Positions 46,837-60,400 of a DNA stretch of 64,000 nt are shown here, one piece after another. The DNA is from Takakia lepidozioides. Its lineage: Eukaryota; Plantae; Bryophyta. Location: positions 5,890,001 through 5,954,000 of the forward strand of contig CM060731.1 of NCBI GenBank assembly GCA_030704615.1. The letters run 5' to 3'. The position numbers were made by a program, and so were the translations under genes. The notes under the pieces were generated by a model. It was not told where the DNA came from, did no database searches, and worked only from the letters and a program-made list of their open reading frames with translations. The first letter of the stretch is position 1. Every line of letters begins with the position of its first letter.

Positions 46837-49816
46837 TGTTAACCGCTGGTTTATGACTTAGACAAAACAGGCTATTAGCACTACTGCCCATTTCCTAAGA
46901 CATGCAACAGAGGTTGTCCGACGGTATGCTTTCAAAAACGATTACGAAGTAATCGTTTTAAGGATAGCTAAACCATGAATATCGTATGAATTCATCTCCA
47001 TGCAGGCTGCTTAATCCTATTGATTGAGCTCAACTTACAGTCTCTTTGGCATGAAAGATCTTAATTGAAAAGACTGAAGTTGTAAAGCAATTGGTAGTCA
47101 AAGCAAACAAGAACTATCCTGAAATGATACACATTCTCACCATCTCACATTCTCGCATAATACACATTCTCTCTATCTCACGTTCACTCTACACAGAGAT
47201 ACTTCGAATAGCATGGCTTTACTTCAGAGTCCGTCATATCATCACTGAAGTATACACTGAATACACACTGATCACTGATACTCATATCGCCCCCCTTCTA
47301 AGTTGCGTGCAATCTTTTTATACAATGCTCAAAAGAGCCGTTACAGTCTACGGTCGTTAATGACCATTTGCCTAACTGCCTACGCAACCTAAAAGGTTTG
47401 CTAAAAAGTGGCTCGTTGCAGTGGTCGTGAGCCATAGTGGTAAACGGTCCACTACTCTCTCTATTGGTTAAAGCCGATGCTAACGTGGCCGTGTGATATC
47501 GTGGTTCACGGCTCACAGTTACTACACTACTCACTACTGCTCTCGTGGTAATGTACCATTGTCCCGCCATTGGCTAAGTACCGCGTACTTAGCTGTACGT
47601 CCATCACTACCTGGTATGTCCCGTTGTGACCCTCGTTGTCTGTCCCTCGTAGCATAGCCATTATCATTTATTCCCCCCCCCTCTTTTGAAATTGTGTCTG
47701 CACAATTTCGTCAGTTCATGTGCTTGCTGTATCTCTTGGGGATGTAAGGCGGTGACATGTCTGTTTGTGAGGTAGGAATTGCGTCCCAGGATTGTCGTAG
47801 TGGTAGCTTATTGTTCATGTTATCGTCACTGTTTGGTTGCTCCTCTGGTTTGTGAGTAGGCCAGCTTTCTTCATCAGGGTGTTCTGCTATCCCGTCCTCA
47901 CGTACCATATCGATTTTGTTGGTCAAGGTTTGCAGCTCCTCCTTGGTCCAGGGTATAATGTGTTTTGTCGCCTTGCTGCCCATTAACCAGTTAACAGCTT
48001 GGACCCCTGTTTCTCTGAAAGGGTGGTCTCTGTCCAATACCAATGGTGAAAAGTGGTCCTTTCTTTTGCCTGGCGCCATGCTTCAGCATACAGTGGCCTA
48101 TTCATATATGCTGAAGTGCATGTGACTCTCTCTGGTGGCTGGAATTTGGGTAATTCCCAATGAATATCTTTTTCAATACTCTCATAGCGCTGCCAGCTTC
48201 CCCTCATTGTCACGAACATCCAGTACAAGTAACTGCTTATATAAAAACTTGGGCATCCCATCACAATGGTTACTGTCGGGGTAGGATTAATCTTCAATTG
48301 CCCCACTGCCCACATGGAAGCTACCAGCTCCTTGTATTCCAGAGGAGCCTGACACCAGAATTCAACCAATTCTGCCCCTGACCATGTCTCATCCTTAGCC
48401 AGTGGCCTCATCCTGTATCTCAGAGGAATAAGAGTTTGATTGAGCAGATGTAATTGTCCTAATGATCTACAGGGGGTTAAGGTTTTTAATACCTTCTCCA
48501 GTATCTCTGGAATTTGGTGGGCTGGGACTACCATCATTTTAAAGTATTCCTCTGAATACTTTAACCACTCCCCATCCTGCTTGCATGGCATGATTTGGAA
48601 ATCATCCACTGCTACCGAAGTTGATGCTACCAGGACACTTGGTAGTGTTACAGGGTTTACCTCTTGAGTAGATGGCCCTGCTGTGGCTTGTACCAGTGTC
48701 TGTTGACTTGGTGGTGGTTGTGTTGTTGGTGGTGTTTGTGTTGGTGTTGTTGTTGTTGATTGTATTGGTGTCTCTCGTTCGTGATCTTGCTCTTCTTGAT
48801 CCTCTTCGTCCATGAGCTCCTCTTGTTCTGGAATTGGTGGCAGGAACTCCTCATGAATGTCTGTTACCAACTTCGCCAACTGACATTTCATCTGCCTCAC
48901 CATTGCCCTGTTGAGTTTCTTCATCTCCAATTCACTCCCTTCATTCAACCAGGCTCTGGCTATGGCTGCGTCCGCTGCATCCAACCTTGCTTGCAATGTC
49001 AGCTTCTCCAGTTGCTGCTTCCATTCTTGTTCATTGCCCATAGCAATGTCTCTTTCTGCGGTGGCGGTAAACAACCTGCTCTCATCATTCTCCCTTTCCT
49101 TCAGCAATATAGTGTTGCTGTTGAGCCACTTGATTCCTTGATCTCTGACAGTCCTCAGCTGTCCCTTGAGTGTCTCCACCTGTTGCTTAAGCGTTTACAC
49201 TTGTCCTGTGAGTGTTTCCACCTCTGTCTCTGTTTCCCGAGATCTCTCTCGCTCTGCATCGAGGTTAGCTTGGACATGGCGTGTTTCGTCTCTCTGTCTT
49301 TCCCACTTCTGCTCCCACTCATCTCTGCGTTGTGCCAAAGTGTTGTATTGGCGAAGTAGGGTCGACTTTTGATCTTCTAATGCTGCAATTGTAACCTCAT
49401 GGTTACATACTGTTCTTGTAGTGGCCAATTCTCTCTGATGCTTCTCTTTGATGTGGTCTAAGATCATGCTCATGTTTTCCGGGCTAATGTAATCCTTGGC
49501 CTCCATACAAGCTGTTAGTTGACCCAATGCTTGTATTGCCTGCAGAACGACATTCTGTGGCGTCTCCTCCAACCCTATGTCCCATGCTGTTGTATCCAGA
49601 ACTTGTTGTGCTAGTAGTAATCCCAAATTGGAATTTCTGTCTTGCTGCTGCTAATTGGGTGCCTCTTGCACTATCTGCTGTTGCTGTGCCACTATGTCTC
49701 CATCGTGTGTTCCTGGTTGTGTGACCTCTATGTGTTGCTTGCTGGTCCAAAGTGGCGGCTCGCGAGGAAGGGCGGAGCTCCGCCCTCCCGCCACCGTAGC
49801 TAAACTCCGTAGTCAT
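46837..49816 (-). mobile_element. 3' portion of a gypsy-like (Athila/Tat-type?) LTR retrotransposon: extra ORF, PPT and 3' LTR
   Basis: Putative LTR at 46837-47666 (TGTTAA...TTATCA). Purine tract AAAAGAGGGGGGGGGAA on the minus strand at about 47671-47687. Preceded by a frameshifted ORF of about 700 codons (49816-47711) with a coiled-coil and a Thr/Pro-rich linker. No pol and no second LTR visible. Confidence 0.55.
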
Positions 49817-50829
49817 GACTAATCTTTTAGGGTTCCGATATCTGTTTAGCTATTATGTGTACTTTCTCCTCCTCGCTTGTCGGCTCCGTTATTCTCACCT
49901 CAAACTACCGCACTTGCGAAGCAAGCCCTTGCTGCCACAGCCCCCGCCTTGTGTTCTCTACTTGTAACGATGACCAGCTTTGCTGCTGGACGGTCTGCTA
50001 CCCTACGCCATGGCACCATGAAGAGAAGAGCGCCTTGAACGGTATATATACCAAAAATGTTACCTTGCGGGAGCCTTCGGCCCCCTCCGAGCTTACTATC
50101 AACTCTTTGTTCCCTGTCGACGCTGGCTGGCCTGCGGTGCTCAGCCACACCTACGCCCCTGATTTATCAGTTTCTATGCAAAGCTACTGGTACGACTACA
50201 AACGTGTTTTTTGCTTATCTCTGAGCAACCGCCCGCTACTGTCTGGAGACGCTTCTTCCCCAACCAGCTCGAAGACAAGTCGCGTTGGACATCCCAAGAT
50301 CTGGGTCGCCAAGCCCTCAACGACTGGGCTCCCCGCCACGCATAGTTGCCCGTGGTGGTCGACTCTACCCCCCCGCCATCGTTGCTACTGCCCTGAGTAC
50401 GGGCTCACCATTGTGAAGAGAAGGTCCCCAGTCTCTGCAACCCCAACAACCTCTGTCGTCTTGCCGGGTTGGCCCCCGCCCGAGTCTCTACTTGGCGCTG
50501 CGAAGACTACTTTGCTGCAGAGATTCCCGCACTACACTCTCCAAAGTTCTCTCAGGTGCGTAAGTCCCACTCCCCCACCCTCCTTGGACACTAGTTTACC
50601 ATCATGTCAGGCTTCCACAACAGATAGAACTCAGCAAGGTAACGAGACTTCCATTGCCCAAGCGTACTTGTCATTGCAACATCAGCTGGCGATTACATCC
50701 CAAAGAAGCATTCTCTATGGAAGGGGCATTCACCCCCGCGTTTGGATGGCCCCTGGTTTCTTGAGCATCGAATTGGTGGGCGACCTTGTAGAAACAGAAA
50801 AGGAGTACACAATCTGTATGCTCGGCTGC

Positions 50830-51350
50830 ACACAGGCCCATGCTGACATCATGAGAGCTGGAATTGAGCCAGATATCAGTCTGAACACTGCCTTAGTCAA
50901 CATGTATGCACAAAGCATAAAGGATGCACGCCAAGAGTTCGACAATATGCGTCAATGAAATGTGGCCTCATCGAATGCAATGATCACAGGATATGCCCGC
51001 TATGGGTATGGCCGTAAGGCTTTGGAGGTCTCTGAGCAATTGATAAAGAAAGGAGTAACCCCTGACATGGTCAGATTTGGCTGCGTTCTCAATGCTTGTG
51101 CCAGCTTGGCAGATCTGGAGAAGGGCATAAAGGCCCATACCAATATAAAGAATGTTGGAAGTGTGTCAGGTTATGCCCAGCAAGGCTGTGGTGGTAAGGA
51201 GGCTTTGGCGACCTTTAAGCAAATGATACAGGAAAATGTGCATCAAACCATGTTACATTCATTTACGTCTTTGGTGCCTGTTCCAGCCTGGCAGTGCTGG
51301 AGAAGGGCAAAGAGGTCCATGCTGATTTCACGAAGTCTAAAATTGTAGTG
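50830..51350 (+). pseudogene. PLS-class PPR gene fragment
   Basis: QAHADIMRAGIEPDISLNTALVNMYA..SIKDARQEFDNM, NAMITGYARYGYGRKALEV..QLIKKGVTPD and LEKGKEVH; contains a stop and frameshifts. Confidence 0.8.
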
Positions 51351-52749
51351 GAGGGCTCATGGATCAAGGAGGCTGGGCAGATCCAGGATGTACCAGCCAG
51401 TGTTCACAAGCAGCTCCAGTGCAAGCACGATAATATCAGAAAGGCAGGTGCGGCGTTGGATAGGTATGAACCTAACCTGGTTTGGCCCAGAATCCATGCC
51501 TGGAAGGTGTCCCGTTACCGGCCTGCTCTACTTGGACGTGATGATTACAACATCTTAAGCAAAGATCTTTCAGCTGAATCACTCATGCCCCCACAACGGC
51601 TCAGTGTGTCTACTCGCTCAAGTACACGCCCCCCTCACAAGCATCCCGAACATTTCAATGCGAGGGCGATTCTGAATTCCACACCTGCTGGCTTCTTTGT
51701 TGCTAGGCTACCCGTGTACTTAGCAGATGATCCGTGTAAGCCCTTGGAGGGAAACAGTTACTTGTTGGGTTCTTGTTTGGTTGAAACGCAACGTGCCTTG
51801 ACCTGCGGAGAGCAACAGCCCCAATCAGCCCTGTCATATTCCCCCGGGCAGCAATCAGCCGTGCAGTCATTACCAGGGAAGCAATTACAAGGTGAGCAGC
51901 AAGGGCACAACTTGCAGCAGCCACAATGGCTTCAATTCCAGCGGTCGTTACGAGTACAAGAGAAACCGCACCTAATTGCCCGCCGTCCAAGTGAACCATC
52001 TGATCATGACAAAAACGATCAAGCCAGTAACAATCAGCTCTGGTTGGATCAGCCTTGCTCAGATTCTCCACAGTGGTGGTTTCATAGTGGTCAAGCAAAA
52101 TCTGGTGGTCGAGCAAATTCCGTAGATGTCAATTGGACGCTACTCCAGAGCAATGCAGATTCCCTAGCTGATGGGCTTGACTGTCCCCTGTGCTTAAGTA
52201 CGCACCGCCCAAGCCAGCATCCAGAAAACTTCAACACGGGCGATCACTCACTCAATACACCAACTAGGTCTGATGTTCCAGACAGACTCGGGTATTTTGC
52301 TGCAGCTCTTGGTGGTGAGCACCCCACCCCTGCATTTCGATGTTATGAATGGGCACACTCCTGATGTAGATGGCCCTTGGAGAAATAAGCATAGGCAGCT
52401 CTGCATGGGGGCATGTCTTGCAGGTGTAACAAACAGGGATACATGTGGTGATTGTGGCATCAAAACCAGCCCCCACTCTCGAGAGGATCTCTCTCTCATG
52501 CTGCGCAGGAATGTGGAAGACATCACCTCCAGTATCATGCCTTCACACCGTTCCCTTCCCCCTAATCTTGCAAAGAACAGCGATCTGAGTGGCGATTGTG
52601 ATCTCAAAATCTGCCCCCACATTCGAGCTGATTTCTCTCTCAAGCAGGGCCGCATTGTGGGTCAGCTCAACTACCAAGATAGCGATGAGCTTGTGGTACT
52701 GTGGAACTATGCCAAGGCTGCAGATGAGTGGGCAGCTCCTGCAGGTGGT

Positions 52750-53610
52750 GCTGTAGTTGTTCCAAATGTCACTCTACACACTGCCCTGGCAGATCTGGGA
52801 AAGGGCAAAGTGGTCCATGGCGACATCTTCAGAGCTGGAATTGTACCAACTGTCACTCTGAACAATACCATGGTGGACTTGTATGCAAAATGTGGGTGCA
52901 TCGAGGATGTAAAGGAAGTGTTTGACACTATGGCTGAACGAGATATGATGTCATGGAATGCGATGCTTGTAGGTTCTGTTGTAGCTGTACCTAATGTCAT
53001 TCTGCACACTGCCCTGGCACATCTGGAAAAGGGCAAAGAGGCCCAAGGCGACATCTCCAGAGCTGGAACCGTACCAACTATCATCCTGAACAATATCCTG
53101 GTGGACATGTATGCAAAATGTTTTGATGTATCTGTACCAAATGCCATTCTGCACACTGCCCCGGCAGATCTGGATAAGGGCAACGAGGTCCATGGCGACA
53201 TCTTCAGAGCTGGAATTGTACCAGCTGTCACTTTGAACAATACCCTGGTGGACATGTATGCAAAACATGGGCGCATCGAGGATGCAAAGGAAGTGTTTGA
53301 CACTATGGTTGAACGAGACTTGGTGTCGTGGGATGCGCTGCCTGCAGGCATTGCTGTAGTTGTACCAAATGTCACTGTGCACATTGCATTGGCAGATCTG
53401 GAAAAGGGCAAAGAGGCCCATGGCGACATCTTCAAAGCTGGAATTGTACCAACTGTCATTCTGAACAATGCCCTGGTGGACATGTCTGCAAAATGTGAGT
53501 GCATCGAGGATGCAAAGGGCGTGTTTGACACCCTGGCTGAACGAGATGGGGGGGCGTGGAATGCGATGCTTGTAGGTTTTGCATGGCAGGGACGTGGTAT
53601 GGAGGCTTTG
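52750..53610 (+). repeat. Four tandem, in-frame copies of a PPR L-S motif segment
   Basis: Repeated VPNVTLHTALADLEKGKEVHGDIFRAGIVPTVTLNNTLVDMYAKCGCIEDAKEVFDTMAERD..SWNAML, with high DNA identity between units. Confidence 0.85.
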
Positions 53611-54159
53611 CCCAGCGCCGCTCCTACCTACCCCACCACCTTGGCGTCCTCCCATAAACAGCAAATGAATTTCCCGCTACCCCAGCGTCCTCTGACTTAC
53701 AGGGAACCCTCTCACCTCATATCATCTCTGTGGTCGCTCCCTTCTTTCTTTCTGGTCAACTTTCCTCTGAATCCATATCCGATGAGTTCCCTCCATGATT
53801 TGCAGTTGTTGTGCTATGGACTACTCACTAATCACATGTGGCGTTCCAACCTCCTGCAGGCACAATTGCATAGAATGAGCACTCCTGAGAATTCAACTCG
53901 AGGAAAGTACAACTCTCAAGCAGGCTATTTTCCAAGCGTGGACCACTCAGCACTCTTGGTCTCCTCTCCCCAAGCTACTTGGGTACACTGGCTCTCTCGA
54001 TTCCAAACAATTTTACACACTTGTTACTCTCCCCACACAATTGTACATAATGATTTTTACTCCATGCTCCTACTCAATTCTCATAAATGTTATTTCTCGA
54101 ATGACTACCACTCAATACACTACCACTCTCTTTTTGATATTCGGAGCTACTGGCTACCT

Positions 54160-54490
54160 CAGGAAAATGCTACCTTGGGAAAATGCTACCTTTGGAAAAT
54201 GCTACCTTTGGAAAAATGTTACCTTGGGAAAATGTTACCTTGGGAAAATGCTACCTTTGGGAAAAGGCTACCTTCGGAAAATGTTACCTCTGGAAAATGC
54301 TACCTAGGGAAAATGTTACCTCGGGAAAATGCTACCTCACTCTATTGCTATCCATACTATTTCCAAACAATTCTACACCGTGATCTTTACCCTCTGTTCT
54401 CACTCGAAACAATTCTACACCATGATCTTCACTCTCTGTTCTCATTCAAAACAATTCTACACCGTGATCTTCACTCTCTGTTCTCATACA
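54160..54490. repeat. Two minisatellites: about 16-17 bp GGAAAATGYTACCTTK (about 10 copies) and 39 bp AAACAATTCTACACCGTGATCTTCACTCTCTGTTCTCA (3+ copies)
   Basis: Directly visible tandem units at 54160-54337 and 54364-54487. Confidence 0.85.
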
Positions 54491-54764
54491 ATGACATTTA
54501 CAAAATCCATTACCGTCACTATGGTACTCGTCTCCTTTTGGAGGCATATCATCCATCTTCTATCAATTACATCCTATCACAAACCCCACCGTACCATAGA
54601 CTCTCTGCGCGTGAAACAATTGGCTCTTACAAAAATCTTCATTACTACTTTCATCCGTGTCCCCCCAAACATACCACCCGCCTTCACATCCCCTTTACCC
54701 ATAACCGCCACCTCACCCAATAACAGGACTCTTCATCCGTGCCTCTGCCCAAACTCATTCATCC

Positions 54765-55370
54765 ATGGATGTCGTCCACTTATCCTCTTTCCCCACTCTA
54801 GTTAATTATATACTCTCTACCCACCATACACCCATATTAATTTTTTACCCCCATCATGAGAGCTCATGTACAACAAACCTCCTTCATGATCCCCAGACGA
54901 ACCCACACACTAATCCACACGCAATATCTTCCCCCCCACACAGACACGCAACTAGCTCCACTAGTACCTACTATGCTAATACCAACTCTACCCCCCTCAT
55001 ACACTTTCTCCACAACTACCCCCCACGCACCCCCACCCCTCACCCCCTCAAAATCCAACTTATAACCCACTGCCCACATAGACGATATCACCAGAGACCC
55101 CTTGCATCCAAACACTCCTCTCACCATCCACCATCCCACTTCAAGTCATATCTATTTGCCTATGAAACGCTTACACTACTTCGTTGCGGCGACATTCACC
55201 CAAACCCAGGCCCCTATACCATCACTAGCATCATCAACAAGCTTCCAAAAGATCATAAAGACAGATATGAATTATATTTCCAAACAGACACTGTCACGCT
55301 CGTGCCTGCATATCAACACCTTAGTGACCACTTCTCTCCCTTTCTCCCTAACCCTCCTACCAATAGAGGT
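54765..55370 (+). mobile_element. Probable 5' fragment of a non-LTR retrotransposon ORF with a 2A-like motif
   Basis: TLTLLRCGDIHPNPGP at about 55167-55214 in an A/C-rich ORF, cut by the terminus of copy C at 55371. No endonuclease or RT domain visible. Confidence 0.5.
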
Positions 55371-55854
55371 TTACTATTTCATGAGCCCATGAGCCCATGA
55401 GCCTATGAGCTCATGAGCGGGCATCCGCGGAATTGGAATTTTCGTGCATTTATTGACGGTGTTATGTCCTCTTACCTCGATAATAGGGTATGTTTCTCTT
55501 GGTCCAGGATGCGGAATGAGGTATTTTGGCGCCGTTATTCCACGTCACCACTGTAAAACATTGTGCAGGACAGGAAAGAGACATAAAATTGTAGCCCTCA
55601 CAAGTCATTGTGCTGACAAGGTAATATATTTAGGGTTAGACGACAGTTGAACTTGCAAACCCCATTCAACTCAACATCAAGCCCACATTGACATGACGCT
55701 CGAAATAAAAACATCAGGCAACCACAAGTTTTTATTTTGTACAGCGACTACTCCGAGCTTCCATCATCAGAAATACCACTGCGACATAAGAAACCTGTGG
55801 AACTACCATATCCCGGAGCCTATGCCCTCCAATCACCCTCCACAATGATCCGCG

Positions 55855-56481
55855 CTATGCTGCTGCGTTGACATCCACAACACGAACCACCGAGTCGTCG
55901 AACCACAGGTCCAGAATTAGGAGTGGTGCAGTAGTCGTCCACTGCGCATTGCCGTTTTCTGGATTAAGATGGCGAACATAAAGATACAAGATATCTATAG
56001 AGGTCACGTTCGTGAAAACATGCAGATATTGGAGGCCTTCTATTGGGACCTCCTCCACAACGTCGTGAAATTCGCAAACATCTAGGACAAACCTGTTCCG
56101 ATTCTCCCTTAGTGTCAACAATATATTCCCTGGCCCAGAAGAGTGAGTGAGCAATTCAAGAGCCCTATCCGGGAGCAAATACTGTGGAGGTGCAGTATAG
56201 TTATGGTAATAAGACCTCCAGAACTCGCCGCAGCAACATCTCATGATGAAGAGACGAGCACTCCGTCTTCCAGGTCTATCTCGCACAACAAGTATCCACT
56301 GTTGTCCACTGGCAGGCCTCACCCAAAGAGAATCCCACAGAAGTGCTCGGAAACTCGTCACCCTGCGTGTACCTTCACTGAAGTCCAACTCCACCATAAT
56401 GTCTCCCATCACCGGCTCACGCAATCGCGATCCTCGAATCCCGCTCCGTCGAATGCAGAAGGTACTTACACAGGGCGGCAT
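55855..56481 (-). CDS. 208-aa hypothetical protein, possible distant member 4 of the orphan cargo family
   Basis: Intact ORF. The pattern GDIMVELD...FRA...WILVVRD...RCCCGEFW parallels GDIIVWL...LRA...WVLKIVD...CCQW of member 1. Subterminal position like members 1-3. Confidence 0.45.
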   Translation of the reverse strand: MPPCVSTFCIRRSGIRGSRLREPVMGDIMVELDFSEGTRRVTSFRALLWDSLWVRPASGQQWILVVRDRPGRRSARLFIMRCCCGEFWRSYYHNYTAPPQYLLPDRALELLTHSSGPGNILLTLRENRNRFVLDVCEFHDVVEEVPIEGLQYLHVFTNVTSIDILYLYVRHLNPENGNAQWTTTAPLLILDLWFDDSVVRVVDVNAAA

Positions 56482-56626
56482 TGAGGAAGTGTGCGCCCAC
56501 CGGGAATGGAGAGGGACAAGTAATCACTGTTGTTTTTCAACACGGAGATGCAAACATTGAAAACCCAATGCGGAAAACCTTCTCAGGTGATCTTCTCTGG
56601 GGCAACGGCAATATGTGCCCCCATTG

Positions 56627-57352
56627 TGTCGCGGCCCTTTGCCTTGAGGGCAGGGGGTCGGGACACATGAGGGGCTGCCCCTGTAGTGGGGGCATCGGCA
56701 GCGATAGGTATGGGGGGCTGAAGCACCCTTGAGTGCCCAAGGCACTCAAGGAGGCGGAGGCGCTCACTAGGTGGAGCCCCGCACACCGGGTTGCGGTGGG
56801 GGTGGCTCCACAAGGGGTGGTGGTAGCTTAGCGGGACTTAGTGGGGGTGGCATAGGACTCACCATGGGGGCGGAGACCTCGTGGTGGGAGTTGTGGGGAG
56901 TCTTGGGACTCATCACGGTCCATAGGGGCCGTGATGAGTGGGCCAAGACTCACCGCGACTCATCACCGGGAGTCGAGGGTTTTCGTGGTGGTTCGCCATA
57001 AAATGGCATGGCTGGTTATGAAACCCCCGCGGACAGCTACAGAAGTATATATAGGGAGTAGTAACCCCGAGAACGGTGCAAGCCCGTTGGTGACCAAAAA
57101 CTAGTGAGTAAGCGAACGAGCCGGAAAACGACCAAAGAGTGGGGAGCTATTCCGGACTGCCATCTACCAAAGGGAATTCTCCTAGTCCCAAATAGGTGGA
57201 GGGTTTAGAGGGAAGCGAATGGGGACCGTTATGTCCCGGTGAGCAGCCGAAGCTCCAAGTTGGCCCGGGCGGCCAGGTTGGGAGTCAGGCGCGCGCATCA
57301 AAGCGAGTAACTATGACTTGAAGGGGAGCTTACCGAAGTGAGGTGCCGGACA
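56627..57352 (+). repeat. 5' LTR
   Basis: Near-identical to 62702-63426. Confidence 0.95.
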
Positions 57353-57407
57353 CTTGGTATCAGAGCTTAGAGTTCAGTACGCGATCCTCCTTGGGATTGG
57401 CCTCATC

Positions 57408-60400
57408 ATGGGGTCGGGCAAGCCAAAGCAAAAGCGGAACGGCCCAAAAGATGATGATCCTGGTGAGCCCGATGGGGGCGACGTGTCACCGAGAGTTTGG
57501 CGGGACGTTGAAAGACGTGTTGAAGGCGGCTAATGCCACTTCCACTAAGGCAAAGTTTAAGGTGAAGCCTAAGGAACCCGGCACCTTCGAGGGCGTTCGA
57601 AATCGGAAGGCACTCAACACCTAGCTCCTGGAGCTAGAGCAGTACTTCTGGGCGGCCAAGTTGAGTGACGAGGATCGGGTGGAAGTGGCTCCCACCTATT
57701 TGAGGGGCTATGCTCAACAATGGTGGCAGAAACGCCTTCACGACCGAGGCCCAAGCCCGGAAACCTTGAACTGGAGTGGGTTCAAGGAATTGATGAAGAG
57801 ACAGTTTGTGCCCCTCAACGCGTCCTGGCTTGCCCGGGACAAGATGAGGAATTTGAAGCAAACAGATGACATTCGGGGGTATGTCCAGGCTTTCAATGTG
57901 CTGTTGCTCGAAGTCGCGGACATGGCAGAACCAGAAATGGTCTTCAACTTTGTGGCGGGACTGGCCCCATGGGCCAGACGGAAGTTGGAGGAGAAGCCAC
58001 CCAAGACTTTGAATGAAGCAATTGAGAGGGCTGAATGTTTCTCGGATGTCCCTAGGGGTGAGAAACAAGGCCGTACGGAGCTGAACCACAAGAAGACCCG
58101 GCGGGAAGGTGACTCCTTCCGACCGGAAAAGAAGTGGGATAGGCCACACGGCGATAATGGCACGTGGAAATCGAAGGGAGGGCCTTCACACGTCAAGGCG
58201 GCACCCGGTGCTTCGAAAGGAAAAGCGGGTGGAGCGGCTTATGGCGGACAGAAGGCGACCTTTGATGGAGTGTGTTTCAATTGCGGGGAGCCCGGGCACA
58301 TGGCCAAGAAGTGCACGAAGCCCCGGCAATTGAACATGACTCGGGCGACCACGGAGCTGTCGGAAGATACCATCAGTCGCTTGGTGGAAGCGATGGTCGC
58401 CAGGACTTGCAAGGTAGGCAACTATTCTTGTGAGTTGTATCAGGAAACTGGCGCCCTGCGTAAAGGGAGTCAGTTATTGTTCGTGGATGGGATAATATCC
58501 AGAACTAATGTGTCGTTGTTGGTGGACACAGGAGCGTCGCACTCCTTCATGACACCGGCGGCGGCACAAAAGCTGGGACTCCCGACAAGTGACGTGGGGG
58601 CCTCTATTGAGGTGCGTTCTGCCAAAGGAGAACCACAGTTGGCGACAAGGTTGGCGTTTAATGTTCATCTTCAACTCGGGAGTTGGGAGGGACGTGAGAA
58701 CTTCACCATCTGCGAGATCGATGGAGTAGATCTCATTTTGGGGATGACCTTTCTGAGTAAATCCGGAGCGGTCATAGATGGCCGCAAGAGAGTAATCACA
58801 CTGCCATGTGGGAATGGTGGCGAGGTCTTACGAGTGTCGGAAACGCCCAAATCCGTGGAGGGCGAATAAACCTTCTGTCAGCAAGGGAGTGGGCCGTGGA
58901 GGAGGCACACGAACCCTAGTTTTTGCTTTACATTAGAGAAGTGAAGGGAGAAGGCGATGGGGAGCCGAGCCCAGATTGGATTAAGGGGATTTTGGAGAAA
59001 TACCAAGATGTGATGCCGGAGGATTTACCAAGCAGCTTGCCACCGCGAAGAGGAGTTGACCACAAGATTGAGGTGATACCGGGATCGGAACCGCCTGCCA
59101 AGGCGCCCTACCGGTTGAGCCACAGAGAGTTGGTCGAGCTGAAGACTTAGCTCAAGGATCTAATGTCAAAGGGGTACATCCGGCCGAGTAAGTCACCTTA
59201 CGGAGCCCCGGTGCTATTCGCAGACAAGAAGGATGGGACGCTGCGGATGTGTGTTGATTACAGGGCTCTGAATAAGGTGACTATCAAAAACCGGTACCCT
59301 TTGCCAAGGATCGACGACCTCTTCGATCGGTTGGCAGGAGCCAAGTATTTCAGCCGGATCGACTTGCGCTCCGGCTATCATCAAATTCGGGTGGCGGAAG
59401 GAGATGAGGAGAAGACCGCGTGCAGGACAAGGTATGGTTCATATGAGTTCTTGGTGATGCCTTTTGGGCTCACCAATGCACCAGCGACCTTTAGCACGCT
59501 GATGAACAGCCTTTTTCAGGAGTGGTTGGATGACTTTGTGATCGTGTACATCGACGACATCTTGGTGTACTCGAAAACAAAGGAGGAGCACCTGGAGCAC
59601 CTCAAAAGGGTGTTCCAAAGGTTGCGGGAAGGGAAGCTGTACGCCAAAGCTTCAAAGTGCGAATTCGGGGTCACGAAAGTGGAGTTCTTGGGGCATGTGA
59701 TTACACAGGATGGGATCAAAATGGATGACAGAAAGGTGAGGGCGATCTTGGACTGGGAGCCTCCGACCTCGGTCCCGGGAGTGCGATCCTTCCTAGGACT
59801 TGCCTCCTATTACCGAAAGTATGTGAGAAATTTCGCCAAGATCGCGGGGCCGCTGTCGGACCTTCTGTGTAAATCCAAAGTCTGGGTATGGAACACATTT
59901 TGTGGCCAAGCTTTTGCTGAATTGAAGCTCCAGTCTTGAAAATCCCGGAGTTCGATCGTCCATTTGAGATTCATACAGATGCGTCGAACTTCGCGATTGG
60001 GGGTGTACTTATGCAAGATGGACGTCCAGTGGCTTACGAAAGTAAGAAACTGAATGAAGTGGAGCGACGGTGGCCTACGCACGAAAAAGAGATGAAGGCG
60101 GTGGTGCATTGCCTTGAGCTTTGGCGCCACTATGTTGGTTCCAACCCAGTGAAGGTGTTCACGGACAATGTCACGGTGAAGTATTTTGCCATGCAGCCCA
60201 AGTTGTCCCCAAAACAACTTAGGTGGCAAGATACTTTGGCGGTGTTCGACGTGGATATCCAGTACAAACCGGGACGAAACAACGTGGTGGCCGATGCTTT
60301 AAGTAGAAAGCAGCAGCTCTTGTTGGTGTACAAGGGCGAGACGGCGCTCCAAAGGAAGATCCGAAGGCTTGCCGGAAGGATGAGCTGGCGAAGGCCGTGA

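Noticed and set aside
49855-52364. 367-aa and 356-aa ORFs as genes
   Set aside because: Patchworks of unrecognisable sequence with short PPR remnants; no coherent domain structure.
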